Of a DNA stretch of 64,000 nucleotides, positions 49,183 through 58,401 are shown piece by piece (the first letter of the stretch is position 1; every line of letters begins with the position of its first letter). Source of the DNA: a virus. The DNA lies in the IMG/VR virus record IMGVR_UViG_3300028908_000007, positions 1 to 64,000 of that record; one strand, 5' to 3'. Both the position numbers and the translations under genes were made by a program. The notes under the pieces are model-generated. The model worked only from the letters and a program-made list of their open reading frames with translations, was not told the origin of the DNA and did no database searches.

Positions 49183-49844
49183 TGTCTCGCAAGAAAGCTG
49201 AAGATATTATAATAAAATACATTAATAAAATCTATCCAAATGGGAAGGCAGTAGAAGCATACAAAGAAAAGTTCAAAAAGATGAGTGACAAGGAATTCAA
49301 AAAGTTCATGGAAGAACTTCGAGATGGGAAAAGAGAACTAGTAGTTATTGCACCACCGTATGGGAAATCCAAATTATCAACAGAGAAGAATATATCCATT
49401 GCAAAAGAACTTGGATATACATTTCACCAGCATTTATGGATTGGTCCTACAAAAACACTACCAAAATATAAAACACCAGTTAAATATTTGGTATTAGAAT
49501 TGCCTTACAAGAGAGCAGCACAGACACTTACAAAAAAGATATCGGTACCATCTACTAGCAGGATAGTTGACACATTGACAGGACAACCAGCTGGTTCATC
49601 AAAAGGAGCAGCAGTAACCTATCCAGAACTGATGGTTCTTAGTGGAATGGGTTTGGATAAGTCAATCGAAGAATTGATTAAATATCGAGGAGGAGATAAG
49701 GGAGGATACCAGGCTTTCTTAGGAATGGCTGATGCAAATGGAATTATTCGCCAGGAATCTATAAAGTTATTTGCTACAGATGTATCCAGTAAGACTAGTT
49801 TAAAGCATTACCTTCAAGCGGCTCTACTTAGGAATAACTTGTGA
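49182..49844 (+). CDS. Virion RNAP beta subunit C-terminal fragment (phiKZ gp149-like)
   Basis: MSDKEF..FM, LP..R..Q.L.KK.S, D.LTGQP, SKGA.VTYPE and KYRGGD motifs. Confidence 0.8.
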   Translation: MSRKKAEDIIIKYINKIYPNGKAVEAYKEKFKKMSDKEFKKFMEELRDGKRELVVIAPPYGKSKLSTEKNISIAKELGYTFHQHLWIGPTKTLPKYKTPVKYLVLELPYKRAAQTLTKKISVPSTSRIVDTLTGQPAGSSKGAAVTYPELMVLSGMGLDKSIEELIKYRGGDKGGYQAFLGMADANGIIRQESIKLFATDVSSKTSLKHYLQAALLRNNL

Positions 49845-49854
49845 TACTATTTAT

Positions 49855-49894
49855 ATACCCAGCCCGACAGCTATTTGTTTGCCGGGCTGGGTAT
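49855..49894. terminator. Bidirectional hairpin between convergent genes
   Basis: atacccagcccg/cgggctgggtat stem. Confidence 0.75.
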
Positions 49895-49898
49895 GAAA

Positions 49899-50276
49899 TT
49901 ATTTTATAATTTGATCCAAACTTATATCGGTTTCTCCGATACTCAACTCTCCAGGAACATCCATTGGATCCACCTTCTTTGTTTTTGTTGGAGCCTGTTT
50001 TCTTTCAGTTAACGTAGTTTCTACGGTTTTCATTTCCCGAAGTATATGTGCAGCAAGTTCTGCTGTTCTCTTGTTTTGTTCATCTTGAGTTTTTATAGAT
50101 GCTTTCGATAGAATCTGTCTATCCAAACCATCTATAAGATCGATGAAGAATCTGTTGTATTTCCTATCCGGGAGAGGATTGTCTTCATCCACCAAGGTCT
50201 CTAATGCTTTTCTTCTTAGACTTCTTGTATAATTAAGATCGTCTATATCGGAAGGACCGAAAAGGGTATCTGACAT
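49899..50276 (-). CDS. Conserved phiKZ-like hypothetical protein
   Basis: L.YT..LR, L..LD.Q and VPGE..IG pattern. Confidence 0.55.
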   Translation of the reverse strand: MSDTLFGPSDIDDLNYTRSLRRKALETLVDEDNPLPDRKYNRFFIDLIDGLDRQILSKASIKTQDEQNKRTAELAAHILREMKTVETTLTERKQAPTKTKKVDPMDVPGELSIGETDISLDQIIK

Positions 50277-50291
50277 AATCAAAAACCAGTC

Positions 50292-50801
50292 ATGTTGTTA
50301 AAAAAACTATTCAGTAAATTTAAAGATGAGGCTGTCTCTAAGAAAGACGATAAAAAGCCTTCTAGGAGCTCCTCAGAGGCTCTCAGAGACGTTTTTAGCG
50401 ACATAGATAGGGTTAGGTATTACTTAGCCAATATAGAGTCTAAGATTGCTTTAGATATCCATAAGAACAAATATAGCCTGATCAAATTACCTACTAATAT
50501 TAAAAACATAGTAGAATATCGAAACATTCTAGGAACCATTATAAACAACAACAATAATGATCTATATAAACACTATGGTATGTTAAATAATAATAGAGAT
50601 GTTTATCTACAGGAATGGTTTACACTAAATGGATATTACATAGAAGATCCTGTAGAGGAACTTAGGCTATTTTTAGACTATGTAAAGTTATTTATAGAAC
50701 ACCTAAATGACAATAAAAATCTTACAGTTTCTAACCAACTAGCCATAACTAATATAAAAGATATACTAGAAGTTTTCTATCAAATCAGCTCAACTCGCTA
50801 G
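50292..50801 (+). CDS. Hypothetical protein
   Basis: Divergent ORF; contains repeat copy C. Confidence 0.5.
   Translation: MLLKKLFSKFKDEAVSKKDDKKPSRSSSEALRDVFSDIDRVRYYLANIESKIALDIHKNKYSLIKLPTNIKNIVEYRNILGTIINNNNNDLYKHYGMLNNNRDVYLQEWFTLNGYYIEDPVEELRLFLDYVKLFIEHLNDNKNLTVSNQLAITNIKDILEVFYQISSTR
50356..50460. repeat. Phased element, copy C (in-frame inside an ORF)
   Basis: CCTTCTAGGAGCTCCTCAGAGGCTCTCAGAGACGTTTTTAG matches the arm of copies A and B. Confidence 0.7.
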
Positions 50802-50841
50802 TATATATAATAACTGTCCAATAACTTGTCGGAGAAACAAC

Positions 50842-51327
50842 ATGACTAATATTTCCATTGCCGCCATCGGAGTCGATGTAGTAAAAGACGTTAGCAAATA
50901 TCTGGATGAAAATAAGGAAACATATCCAAAGGCTATGGAAGGGTTGGAGGAACTATCCAAAATAACAGTATCTATGTTTCTACATCCTAGATCGATGAAA
51001 AAGATACAGAAACTTATGGAAGAGAATCAGGAATTCAGAGACATGGTTTTTACTACTTATACTCGTTTCCATATGAGACTTAAATATGACTATGAGCGCT
51101 TGGGTGTAACAACTGATAAGTTAATTTCTTCCATAGTCGAATCTGTACAGTACTATGGAGGAAGCTCATACATGGGATATGTAGAGAAACATGAAATGCC
51201 TGAGACCAGCACAAGTCAGATACTCTGGGAACGATATAATTCATCTGAAGCAAATGTATGGATCAAGTACAATCCATACGCTATTGTTTTGTTTCTTATT
51301 CTGGTTTATTATAACGATAATTCGTGA
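50842..51327 (+). CDS. Hypothetical protein
   Basis: GGAGAAACAACATG start context; promoter-like motif at 50791-50817. Confidence 0.6.
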   Translation: MTNISIAAIGVDVVKDVSKYLDENKETYPKAMEGLEELSKITVSMFLHPRSMKKIQKLMEENQEFRDMVFTTYTRFHMRLKYDYERLGVTTDKLISSIVESVQYYGGSSYMGYVEKHEMPETSTSQILWERYNSSEANVWIKYNPYAIVLFLILVYYNDNS

Positions 51328-51431
51328 TAAAAAAAATGTCAAATCGATTTAACACATTCACATATTTTTTAAGTGAGAAGGTTAGAGATCTTCTCAAATT
51401 CACCCACAACTCAACTAGAGGTAATATCCTT

Positions 51432-52160
51432 ATGGCAAGTATCAAAGACCAAATGAAAACCATCCAAGAAAACCCGAATTTCGAGCCGAGAATCATTGGC
51501 TCTGTATTGGATAAATGCAAACAGGTTCCAGAGCTCTATGAGGAGCCGCATATCAATCTTAACCCAGACATGTACTCACACGGTCCAAATGCTGAGGATG
51601 TGGAACTGGGCAGGAAGCTGAGTCCGTTCTGGTTCAGGAAGTTCGAGTATCTCGGGAATATTTACCCGAATATGGACTTTTTTATGAACACCATCAACAT
51701 TGCCAGAGGGGATCTTCGTGAAAAGATCCGTCCCTCAGCTTCTCGATCCATTGCCGGTTTTGTTCGGAGGAACAAATATAAAAAGATACACCTTCCGAAC
51801 TACTGGGCGCTCGTCACAGACGCAATGATTGCATCTATAAAGAAAGACGAGAAACTCATGGCGATGCTGTATGAGAGCAAGGCGCCCTTCACCATGTACT
51901 CGATGAAGGACGCAGAGGTACACGGCTGTACATATAGCGTTGTCGAATATAACCCTGTACTGGCGAAGTATGTCGGTATGATGGAGGAGATCAGAACTGT
52001 TCTGAAGAAAGGAGGTGGTGTTTTCGACAACGATCTCGTTCTGGAGCTGTTGGAGAATATCAAGGCAGACAAAGAAGCCGACATGCTCGAAGGCATCATG
52101 TCCGTGCTCTTCATCAAAGAGAAGGATGGTTCGAACAAACAACAGGACGAATCCGCTTAA
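51432..52160 (+). CDS. Conserved jumbo-phage protein, likely highly expressed
   Basis: HINL..ELGRKLS..F motif; codon usage is GC-shifted like the capsid gene. Confidence 0.55.
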   Translation: MASIKDQMKTIQENPNFEPRIIGSVLDKCKQVPELYEEPHINLNPDMYSHGPNAEDVELGRKLSPFWFRKFEYLGNIYPNMDFFMNTINIARGDLREKIRPSASRSIAGFVRRNKYKKIHLPNYWALVTDAMIASIKKDEKLMAMLYESKAPFTMYSMKDAEVHGCTYSVVEYNPVLAKYVGMMEEIRTVLKKGGGVFDNDLVLELLENIKADKEADMLEGIMSVLFIKEKDGSNKQQDESA

Positions 52161-52199
52161 CTGTTAGTCGGGCTTTGTTTTGCAAGCAAAGCCCTAAAC

Positions 52200-52276
52200 G
52201 GGCCTTTAGCTCAGTTGGTTAGAGCAGTCGACTCATAATCGATTGGTCGCAGGTTCGAGCCCTGCAAGGCCCACCA
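52200..52276 (+). tRNA. tRNA-Ile2 (CAU, lysidine type; Met less likely)
   Basis: Full cloverleaf GGGCCTT/AAGGCCC, anticodon CAT, encoded CCA; body resembles enterobacterial ileX (AGAGCAG.CGACTCATAATCG.TTGGTCGC). Confidence 0.85.
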
Positions 52277-52277
52277 T

Positions 52278-52362
52278 CGGGGTGTGGCGAAATTGGCAGA
52301 CGCAAGGAACTTAAGATTCCTCGGTTTTTACCGTGTCGGTTCGAGTCCGACCACCCCGACCA
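52278..52362 (+). tRNA. tRNA-Leu (UAA)
   Basis: CGGGGTG/CACCCCG acceptor stem, AGGAA-CTTAAGA-TTCCT anticodon arm, long variable arm, encoded CCA. Confidence 0.9.
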
Positions 52363-52370
52363 TTGCCTAT

Positions 52371-52415
52371 TACTGTCTCCCTCGCCTAACGGTGGGGGAG
52401 ACAGTATTTTTTTTT
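52371..52415 (+). terminator. Intrinsic terminator after the tRNAs
   Basis: tactgtctccc/gggagacagta stem plus T-tract. Confidence 0.85.
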
Positions 52416-52456
52416 CTTCCTTCGGAATTTTATGAATTTTGGCTTGGAGATTTTAA

Positions 52457-54439
52457 ATGCCTCTTCGCTACGAAGAATTTCAATTACCTACAGAAGGTCA
52501 AATCCTTTCAGACGTTCTGACAAAACAAGGAAGGTTGAGTAATTATACTCCAGACCTTTTAAACGGACAACCTATAAGTAATTACCTTACAAAAGGAGTA
52601 TTAGAAGAAAAAATAAAGAATACACCTAGAAAGGACTTTTTAGAATACTTTACTATTGATATTAGAGAACATACCGGGTATACAGATCCAGATGTGACTA
52701 GGACAGGGATATTAGCAACTGGTTATATAAGTGCCGATGGATTAAACGGACACTATGACGATGTATCTGGTGTAGAATGGAGATACAGATATGTAGGACA
52801 AGATTGGATATATGAGAAATACCCATGGATACAGACATATATTACTGTTCCTCTCAATAAACCAGGAGCTACTGTAGAAGTACAATGTAGAGTACAATTT
52901 GGTACACATCAAAGTGCCTGGTCTGATACATTTACTTATACCTTAAGTATGACAAATGAAGTATTACCCATTCCTAGACTATGGAATTCAGAGATTACGG
53001 TAGATGGTAACTTTATTATTGATGTAGAAAATAAAGACTACTACAAAACTATAATTACTAGGTCTTATGTTTCTTTATATACGTTAGATGGACGTTTTAT
53101 GTATACTAGAAGTACTGCTATTGGTTTCGATCAATGTTACCTTCCTCCAAATGTACCTGCTGGAGAATACTACGCATTAACACGTTATAGAACCGACGGT
53201 GCTAGAAACTATAGTCCTTTTGGGCTGGATAAAGTCTATATAAAAGAACGTGGTCGTAAATGCGTTATTGTCGATATGAAGAATACAAACAAATGGGCAC
53301 AACCTCCATACGATATGTTAGATGTTCGCTCTCCCTCCATATGCGCCTATGGTGAAGACGGTGACTTGGCAGTCGGTTTCAATGGTGGTTTAAACGCTGT
53401 AAACAATACGACTTTCCCGAATGACTATGGTTTTACTCATGTAACTATCTTAAACAAAGACAATGAAGTCGCAGAGATAATACCATTTGATGTAAAATGG
53501 CCTTCTGATATCGATCCCGCGTCAGGTCCTCCAAATTATACTATAAACAGAACTCCTATTTTATTAGGTCTTACCTATGAGGGAGGTGCGTTATATGCAT
53601 TATGTATGGATTTGACAAATGCACCAGTAAGTGGGTCTATATATACTACAGTAATTTATAGATACAAGGCGGTGAAGGATACAACCTATGAAACACATTG
53701 GGAGTTATTTAAAGTAGTCAATAGTCCTGCTGTAGGTGATTCATTTAAAGGATATACTATATGTCATTCATTTGTTGGATTAGGAAATGGGTATATAGCT
53801 TGTAATCTTGGCAGTTTTACAGGAAGAACAAACTGGCTATATGTAATAAACACTAATACTGGTAATATACGAGCTACAGTAAACAGGAATACGAATGGAG
53901 ACTTACTGGCTACAGATTATAGGGGAACCCTTTATATATTGGATATCATTGGTAACAAAATGTACAAATCCACAGATGGTGGAGTAACGATTACTCAAGT
54001 AACCTACACTAGCGGTACTCCTATTCCAGTAATTGGAAATACATATAATACATACGGATGGACTCCAATTGAAGTGTCGTCTTGTATTAGTGTTGCTAGC
54101 TCACAAGACGGACGTATAATTATTACACATCCAAGAGAAGTATTGGATAGAATACCTCAGATTCGTGGTTTTAATATACATAGGGGATTTTGGCAGTATT
54201 ATTACGATGCTGCGCACTATTATACAAACCAAACCAATATCAACCTAACGACACCTAGCCAGAATCATAACAACCTCAGAGGAGGTGATAGCAAGTATCA
54301 ATACAAAATAAATACAGCAGTTACCAATGGTAGTAGACTGTATTTGATAGGTGGAACTGGGTTTGTAAAAACAGTGACTTGGACTGATGGTGGAAATCAA
54401 AACAAGCATTTTCCTGTTCTGAGGCAGTATAACGTTTAG
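52457..54439 (+). CDS. Fibre/RBP-like paralog 1 (Fn3-like + beta-propeller)
   Basis: PDLLNG N-motif; SAWSD.F Fn3 end; propeller-like C-terminal half. Confidence 0.55.
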   Translation: MPLRYEEFQLPTEGQILSDVLTKQGRLSNYTPDLLNGQPISNYLTKGVLEEKIKNTPRKDFLEYFTIDIREHTGYTDPDVTRTGILATGYISADGLNGHYDDVSGVEWRYRYVGQDWIYEKYPWIQTYITVPLNKPGATVEVQCRVQFGTHQSAWSDTFTYTLSMTNEVLPIPRLWNSEITVDGNFIIDVENKDYYKTIITRSYVSLYTLDGRFMYTRSTAIGFDQCYLPPNVPAGEYYALTRYRTDGARNYSPFGLDKVYIKERGRKCVIVDMKNTNKWAQPPYDMLDVRSPSICAYGEDGDLAVGFNGGLNAVNNTTFPNDYGFTHVTILNKDNEVAEIIPFDVKWPSDIDPASGPPNYTINRTPILLGLTYEGGALYALCMDLTNAPVSGSIYTTVIYRYKAVKDTTYETHWELFKVVNSPAVGDSFKGYTICHSFVGLGNGYIACNLGSFTGRTNWLYVINTNTGNIRATVNRNTNGDLLATDYRGTLYILDIIGNKMYKSTDGGVTITQVTYTSGTPIPVIGNTYNTYGWTPIEVSSCISVASSQDGRIIITHPREVLDRIPQIRGFNIHRGFWQYYYDAAHYYTNQTNINLTTPSQNHNNLRGGDSKYQYKINTAVTNGSRLYLIGGTGFVKTVTWTDGGNQNKHFPVLRQYNV

Positions 54440-54448
54440 GAATATCCG

Positions 54449-56446
54449 ATGGGGCGAATCAGAAGACAGAATACAGTATTTTCCAAAGACGACTTACTTG
54501 GCTTGATTTCCAGTAAGAAAGTCTTGGATGCAAAAACCATAGACGGCTTTAGTGCTGGGGAATTCATGACCAAGGAAGAATGGTATATGTGGATAAAGAA
54601 TCTTTCCATGGAAGGAAGGGAATATGTTTCTGGAGCAAAAGTAGTTTACCCAGTACATGGAGATATTGACGTAGATGATTTATTTCAGATAGAAGTACTT
54701 CCTAGTGGAGAATATAGTAATAATAAACACAGAGCTACTTCTTGGTATGTGTTTAAAGATCCAGGACTTACCAAACTACTAGATTGCAGTATAGAGGATG
54801 TAGTTAATCTTACTTCCTGGAGGCCTCATATGCGTGGTCTTCAAACAGGCTATTTGGTAGTAAAGATACATCACGACCTTATGAATAGTTGGTATAGCGT
54901 TCCCGTGCGATTTAAAACCAAGAGCGATTATACTAACATCTCAGCGCCTGAACCCTATATAGTAAAAGGAAGTACTAGTCTCAATAGAACGATTGTGCGA
55001 ATAGACGGGCGGTCATATGGAGAAAATCCTACTATAGATCCAGATAATGTAGATTGGGTATTATCCAAGAAAAGATTAAACGGCTATTATGAGGTAGTGC
55101 GTAGTGAGTTAGATTCCACACAGTTTAAGAAATATATCGATATATGGTCTGGTGAATTAAAACCAAATACAGAAATACGTATAAAGACAAGGTACCAGAT
55201 TAACGGTAAAAAAGGACCATGGGGATATGTAGATTTTAAAATACCTTATAATGCAGTTTCGTATAAATATAAGAAGTTGATGAATACACCATTAATTATA
55301 CAACACATAGTACCACTTGGTGGTGATGAGTTTGTATTCTTTACTGGAGAAACTTCCTTAAAAAGAGGACCTATAGACATAGAGAGAGCTGGTAACGTAT
55401 GTAGCGTATTTATATATAATGCCAAAACAGGAGATATTCGCTCACTTCCAAACCTACCCACAGCGATGCAGAAAGATTACGGGGTAGGATATCATCCACG
55501 AGAGAATAGATTATATATCGTAGGTGGGTTTTCATTACAAGATTCTTTTTATCCGAACAGTATTAAACCTACCAAAGCATCTAGAGCTGTTTGGTATCTT
55601 GAATTAGATAGGGTATTAGGGAGAAACCATCCATATGTCAATGGCAAATATGGAAGAACAGAAGATACAGCCGTTTATAAACATCCGTCGAGTATGGAAA
55701 ATGAAGCACAGTGGAAAGTATTTGGACAGCTTTACGATACAACGAGTGGAAAGAGTCCTATTGTAATAGAATTTACAAGAAGAGGAGTATACAATCCTGC
55801 TACCAATAAATTGTACTTTATTGCTAGTCATAGTTGGAACTATGAGAACAACTCTACTTTTGATGATGGAAATAAAACTTACCTTATTGGTATAAACGCT
55901 AGTGGAAAATCTTATACAATAGATCCTTTTCCAACGACATATAATTCAAGACGCACAGCATTTACAAGACTTGCGGATGGTAGAGCTTTGGCTACTACTT
56001 TTCATCCAAGATTACCGAATAGTCCTAATGAAGCCCCATCAAATACAACAACATTTGTTACTAGTGATCCTACAGACTGGGAAGGTAGTTGGGTGCCTGC
56101 GCCTGCCAGACCTGGAGGTCCTGGCTTTCCAGCCACACATGGTGGATATATGGATACGACAACGGAAGGACTTACTCTCTTTATAGGAGACTATAACTAT
56201 GGCGGGAGAGCAGACTTTGGAGTATTAACCAATTATGCCTGCCAATATGATTTTGTTCAAGATAAGTGGTATCTTGTTTCAAATATTCCGTTGGCTGGAG
56301 CAAATTCGATCTTGGCAGCTGGAGATGATTATTTTCTAATCGCTCAGCGGACAACTTCTGTATTTGGATTTAGTAATGGTAATCCAGGGGAATTTCCACA
56401 TTCTGAAGCAAACACAAACATCATCAAGGTTTCTCTATGTACGTAG
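54449..56446 (+). CDS. Fibre/RBP-like paralog 2 (Fn3-like + Kelch)
   Basis: LDAKTIDG N-motif; LYIVGG and YDFVQDKW Kelch motifs. Confidence 0.6.
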   Translation: MGRIRRQNTVFSKDDLLGLISSKKVLDAKTIDGFSAGEFMTKEEWYMWIKNLSMEGREYVSGAKVVYPVHGDIDVDDLFQIEVLPSGEYSNNKHRATSWYVFKDPGLTKLLDCSIEDVVNLTSWRPHMRGLQTGYLVVKIHHDLMNSWYSVPVRFKTKSDYTNISAPEPYIVKGSTSLNRTIVRIDGRSYGENPTIDPDNVDWVLSKKRLNGYYEVVRSELDSTQFKKYIDIWSGELKPNTEIRIKTRYQINGKKGPWGYVDFKIPYNAVSYKYKKLMNTPLIIQHIVPLGGDEFVFFTGETSLKRGPIDIERAGNVCSVFIYNAKTGDIRSLPNLPTAMQKDYGVGYHPRENRLYIVGGFSLQDSFYPNSIKPTKASRAVWYLELDRVLGRNHPYVNGKYGRTEDTAVYKHPSSMENEAQWKVFGQLYDTTSGKSPIVIEFTRRGVYNPATNKLYFIASHSWNYENNSTFDDGNKTYLIGINASGKSYTIDPFPTTYNSRRTAFTRLADGRALATTFHPRLPNSPNEAPSNTTTFVTSDPTDWEGSWVPAPARPGGPGFPATHGGYMDTTTEGLTLFIGDYNYGGRADFGVLTNYACQYDFVQDKWYLVSNIPLAGANSILAAGDDYFLIAQRTTSVFGFSNGNPGEFPHSEANTNIIKVSLCT

Positions 56447-58398
56447 AACCATATAAAAGACCGGATATCACAGTTAGTGATATAACTCAACTCCTAGGAA
56501 ATAACCAAGGACATGGAAAAGGATTGGATGCCGGTTCTTTGGAAGGACTTAGATTATCAGACTTTGTTTTGAAGGATGATGCTTTTACAGGATCTGATAT
56601 AAACTATACCACACACGATGATATTACAGAACCACCCATGGGTATTATAGAGCAAGATAATAATACATGTGTGTGGTTATTGACACAAATACCAGAACAT
56701 AATAAGAAGTATAATATAGAATTTGATACTCTTCGAGTTATCTATTACGATAGTTCACAAACTTACATACGATTTGTCGATTATAGTGCGTTATTCAATA
56801 AAGTACGTTTTATGGATAGTATAGATGGTCATAAGACCATGCTTACTGAATTGAATACAAACACTACGTATTATATACGTTTCTTCTACTCTGATAGTCG
56901 TACTGGTTGGAGATCACACTACAGCGATTATATAGAAGTTAATACTACTGCTGATTATAATTATACAAAAGATCCTGAAATTACGTTCTATAATAATAAG
57001 AAAAAACAATCTACATATCCTTCCATAGGTGTCTCTGTAAATATCACAGATGACTTCAAAGGTGTTGGAGGGATACGAAAGATACAATGTATCGTAATAG
57101 ATAAAGAAACTACAGAAGTAGCATATTCAGACATACAAGGTCAACGAAGTGGAAATATACATATTCCTCCAGGTAAATTGGAACCTAACACCGATTACAT
57201 CATAGCTGTAAGATGGTTTAATGGATTTGTTTGGTCTAATTGGATAAGTGACACATTTACTACACATTATAAAGGAGTAATAAAAAGATTATACGCATAT
57301 ACATACTATTCAAGTGGACTTAGCTATGTGGCAAATACCGATACAGCTACCTTTGATGATAGAGAGGGAATTGTAGCTACTTTTCCAGGACGACATGTTG
57401 CAGATAATAGAACAATAACTTCTATCTCTGCTAACATATCTCCGAAAATGTCATACTGGTTACGTAGAAGATCTTATCCAATTAATAGTAATACTGGTGT
57501 ATACAATGTTACAGACCCTACTGGACCAGGTGTCATAGGAGCTGCTGCTGCGTTATATTACAAAAATGGTACTATAAAAAGAGCTATGACTTATGGAGGT
57601 ATTAACATAGGTAGTGGTTTTTTGGTTAGGAGACCACACATAGTTGAATATAACGGACTTAATATGTATACCGCTACCACCAGTACAGGAAGTTGGTTAT
57701 CTACATGGGGTGTAGCATTTCATACACTTACTGGCGTATTAGACTACCAAGCAGCATACTTAATTGGTGGGGTAGCTGTAGGTGGAGATGCAGCACCTCC
57801 TGCTACGAATCCCTATCTGTTTGGTACTGATGAAATGTCTGGGTTTTCAATAGTAACAAATATATACGAGGTTACAGAAACCGGTATAGTAAAACATATG
57901 AAAAAAGCAATAGATAGACCAACTTCTCATGCTGCGGCTACACTTGTAGATACTTTTAAAATTCTATATTTTGGAGGTGTAGATAAATATGGAACACCTT
58001 CTAAACGAGCATACCTGGTAGATGTGAAAGCACGTACAGTAACAAGGTTACCAGATCTTCCATTCCCTATCTACAATCATAGAGCAGTAACAGTACGAGG
58101 AGATAGAGTTATCGTATACGGAGGTGTTGTTTCTACTTTATACAATACAGCCACGGGTACTGATTACATCGTAAATGATCTGGTAGATAATAGTGGTTGT
58201 GTTTATGATTATGACTGGAGGAGGGGAAAAATGGAAATTATTGATATCTTACCAGGCTTCAGAGAGCGTGGTATTATGGGAGTTCCCTATGAAAACAATG
58301 TTGTTGTTCGAGGCGGTGGTAAATTCTCTACTGGAAGATCTGGAGATACTACCTATTCAAACTCAGCAGCCGAAATAACGTATGTTTACGAGGTTTGA
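56437..58398 (+). CDS. Fibre/RBP-like paralog 3 (Fn3-like + Kelch)
   Basis: LDAGSLEG N-motif; LEPNTDY..WS.W; repeated hhhGG and LPDLP motifs. Confidence 0.6.
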   Translation: MYVEPYKRPDITVSDITQLLGNNQGHGKGLDAGSLEGLRLSDFVLKDDAFTGSDINYTTHDDITEPPMGIIEQDNNTCVWLLTQIPEHNKKYNIEFDTLRVIYYDSSQTYIRFVDYSALFNKVRFMDSIDGHKTMLTELNTNTTYYIRFFYSDSRTGWRSHYSDYIEVNTTADYNYTKDPEITFYNNKKKQSTYPSIGVSVNITDDFKGVGGIRKIQCIVIDKETTEVAYSDIQGQRSGNIHIPPGKLEPNTDYIIAVRWFNGFVWSNWISDTFTTHYKGVIKRLYAYTYYSSGLSYVANTDTATFDDREGIVATFPGRHVADNRTITSISANISPKMSYWLRRRSYPINSNTGVYNVTDPTGPGVIGAAAALYYKNGTIKRAMTYGGINIGSGFLVRRPHIVEYNGLNMYTATTSTGSWLSTWGVAFHTLTGVLDYQAAYLIGGVAVGGDAAPPATNPYLFGTDEMSGFSIVTNIYEVTETGIVKHMKKAIDRPTSHAAATLVDTFKILYFGGVDKYGTPSKRAYLVDVKARTVTRLPDLPFPIYNHRAVTVRGDRVIVYGGVVSTLYNTATGTDYIVNDLVDNSGCVYDYDWRRGKMEIIDILPGFRERGIMGVPYENNVVVRGGGKFSTGRSGDTTYSNSAAEITYVYEV

Positions 58399-58401
58399 TC
58401 C

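Noticed and set aside
52284-52520. 78-aa ORF
   Set aside because: Overlaps tRNA-Leu and its terminator.
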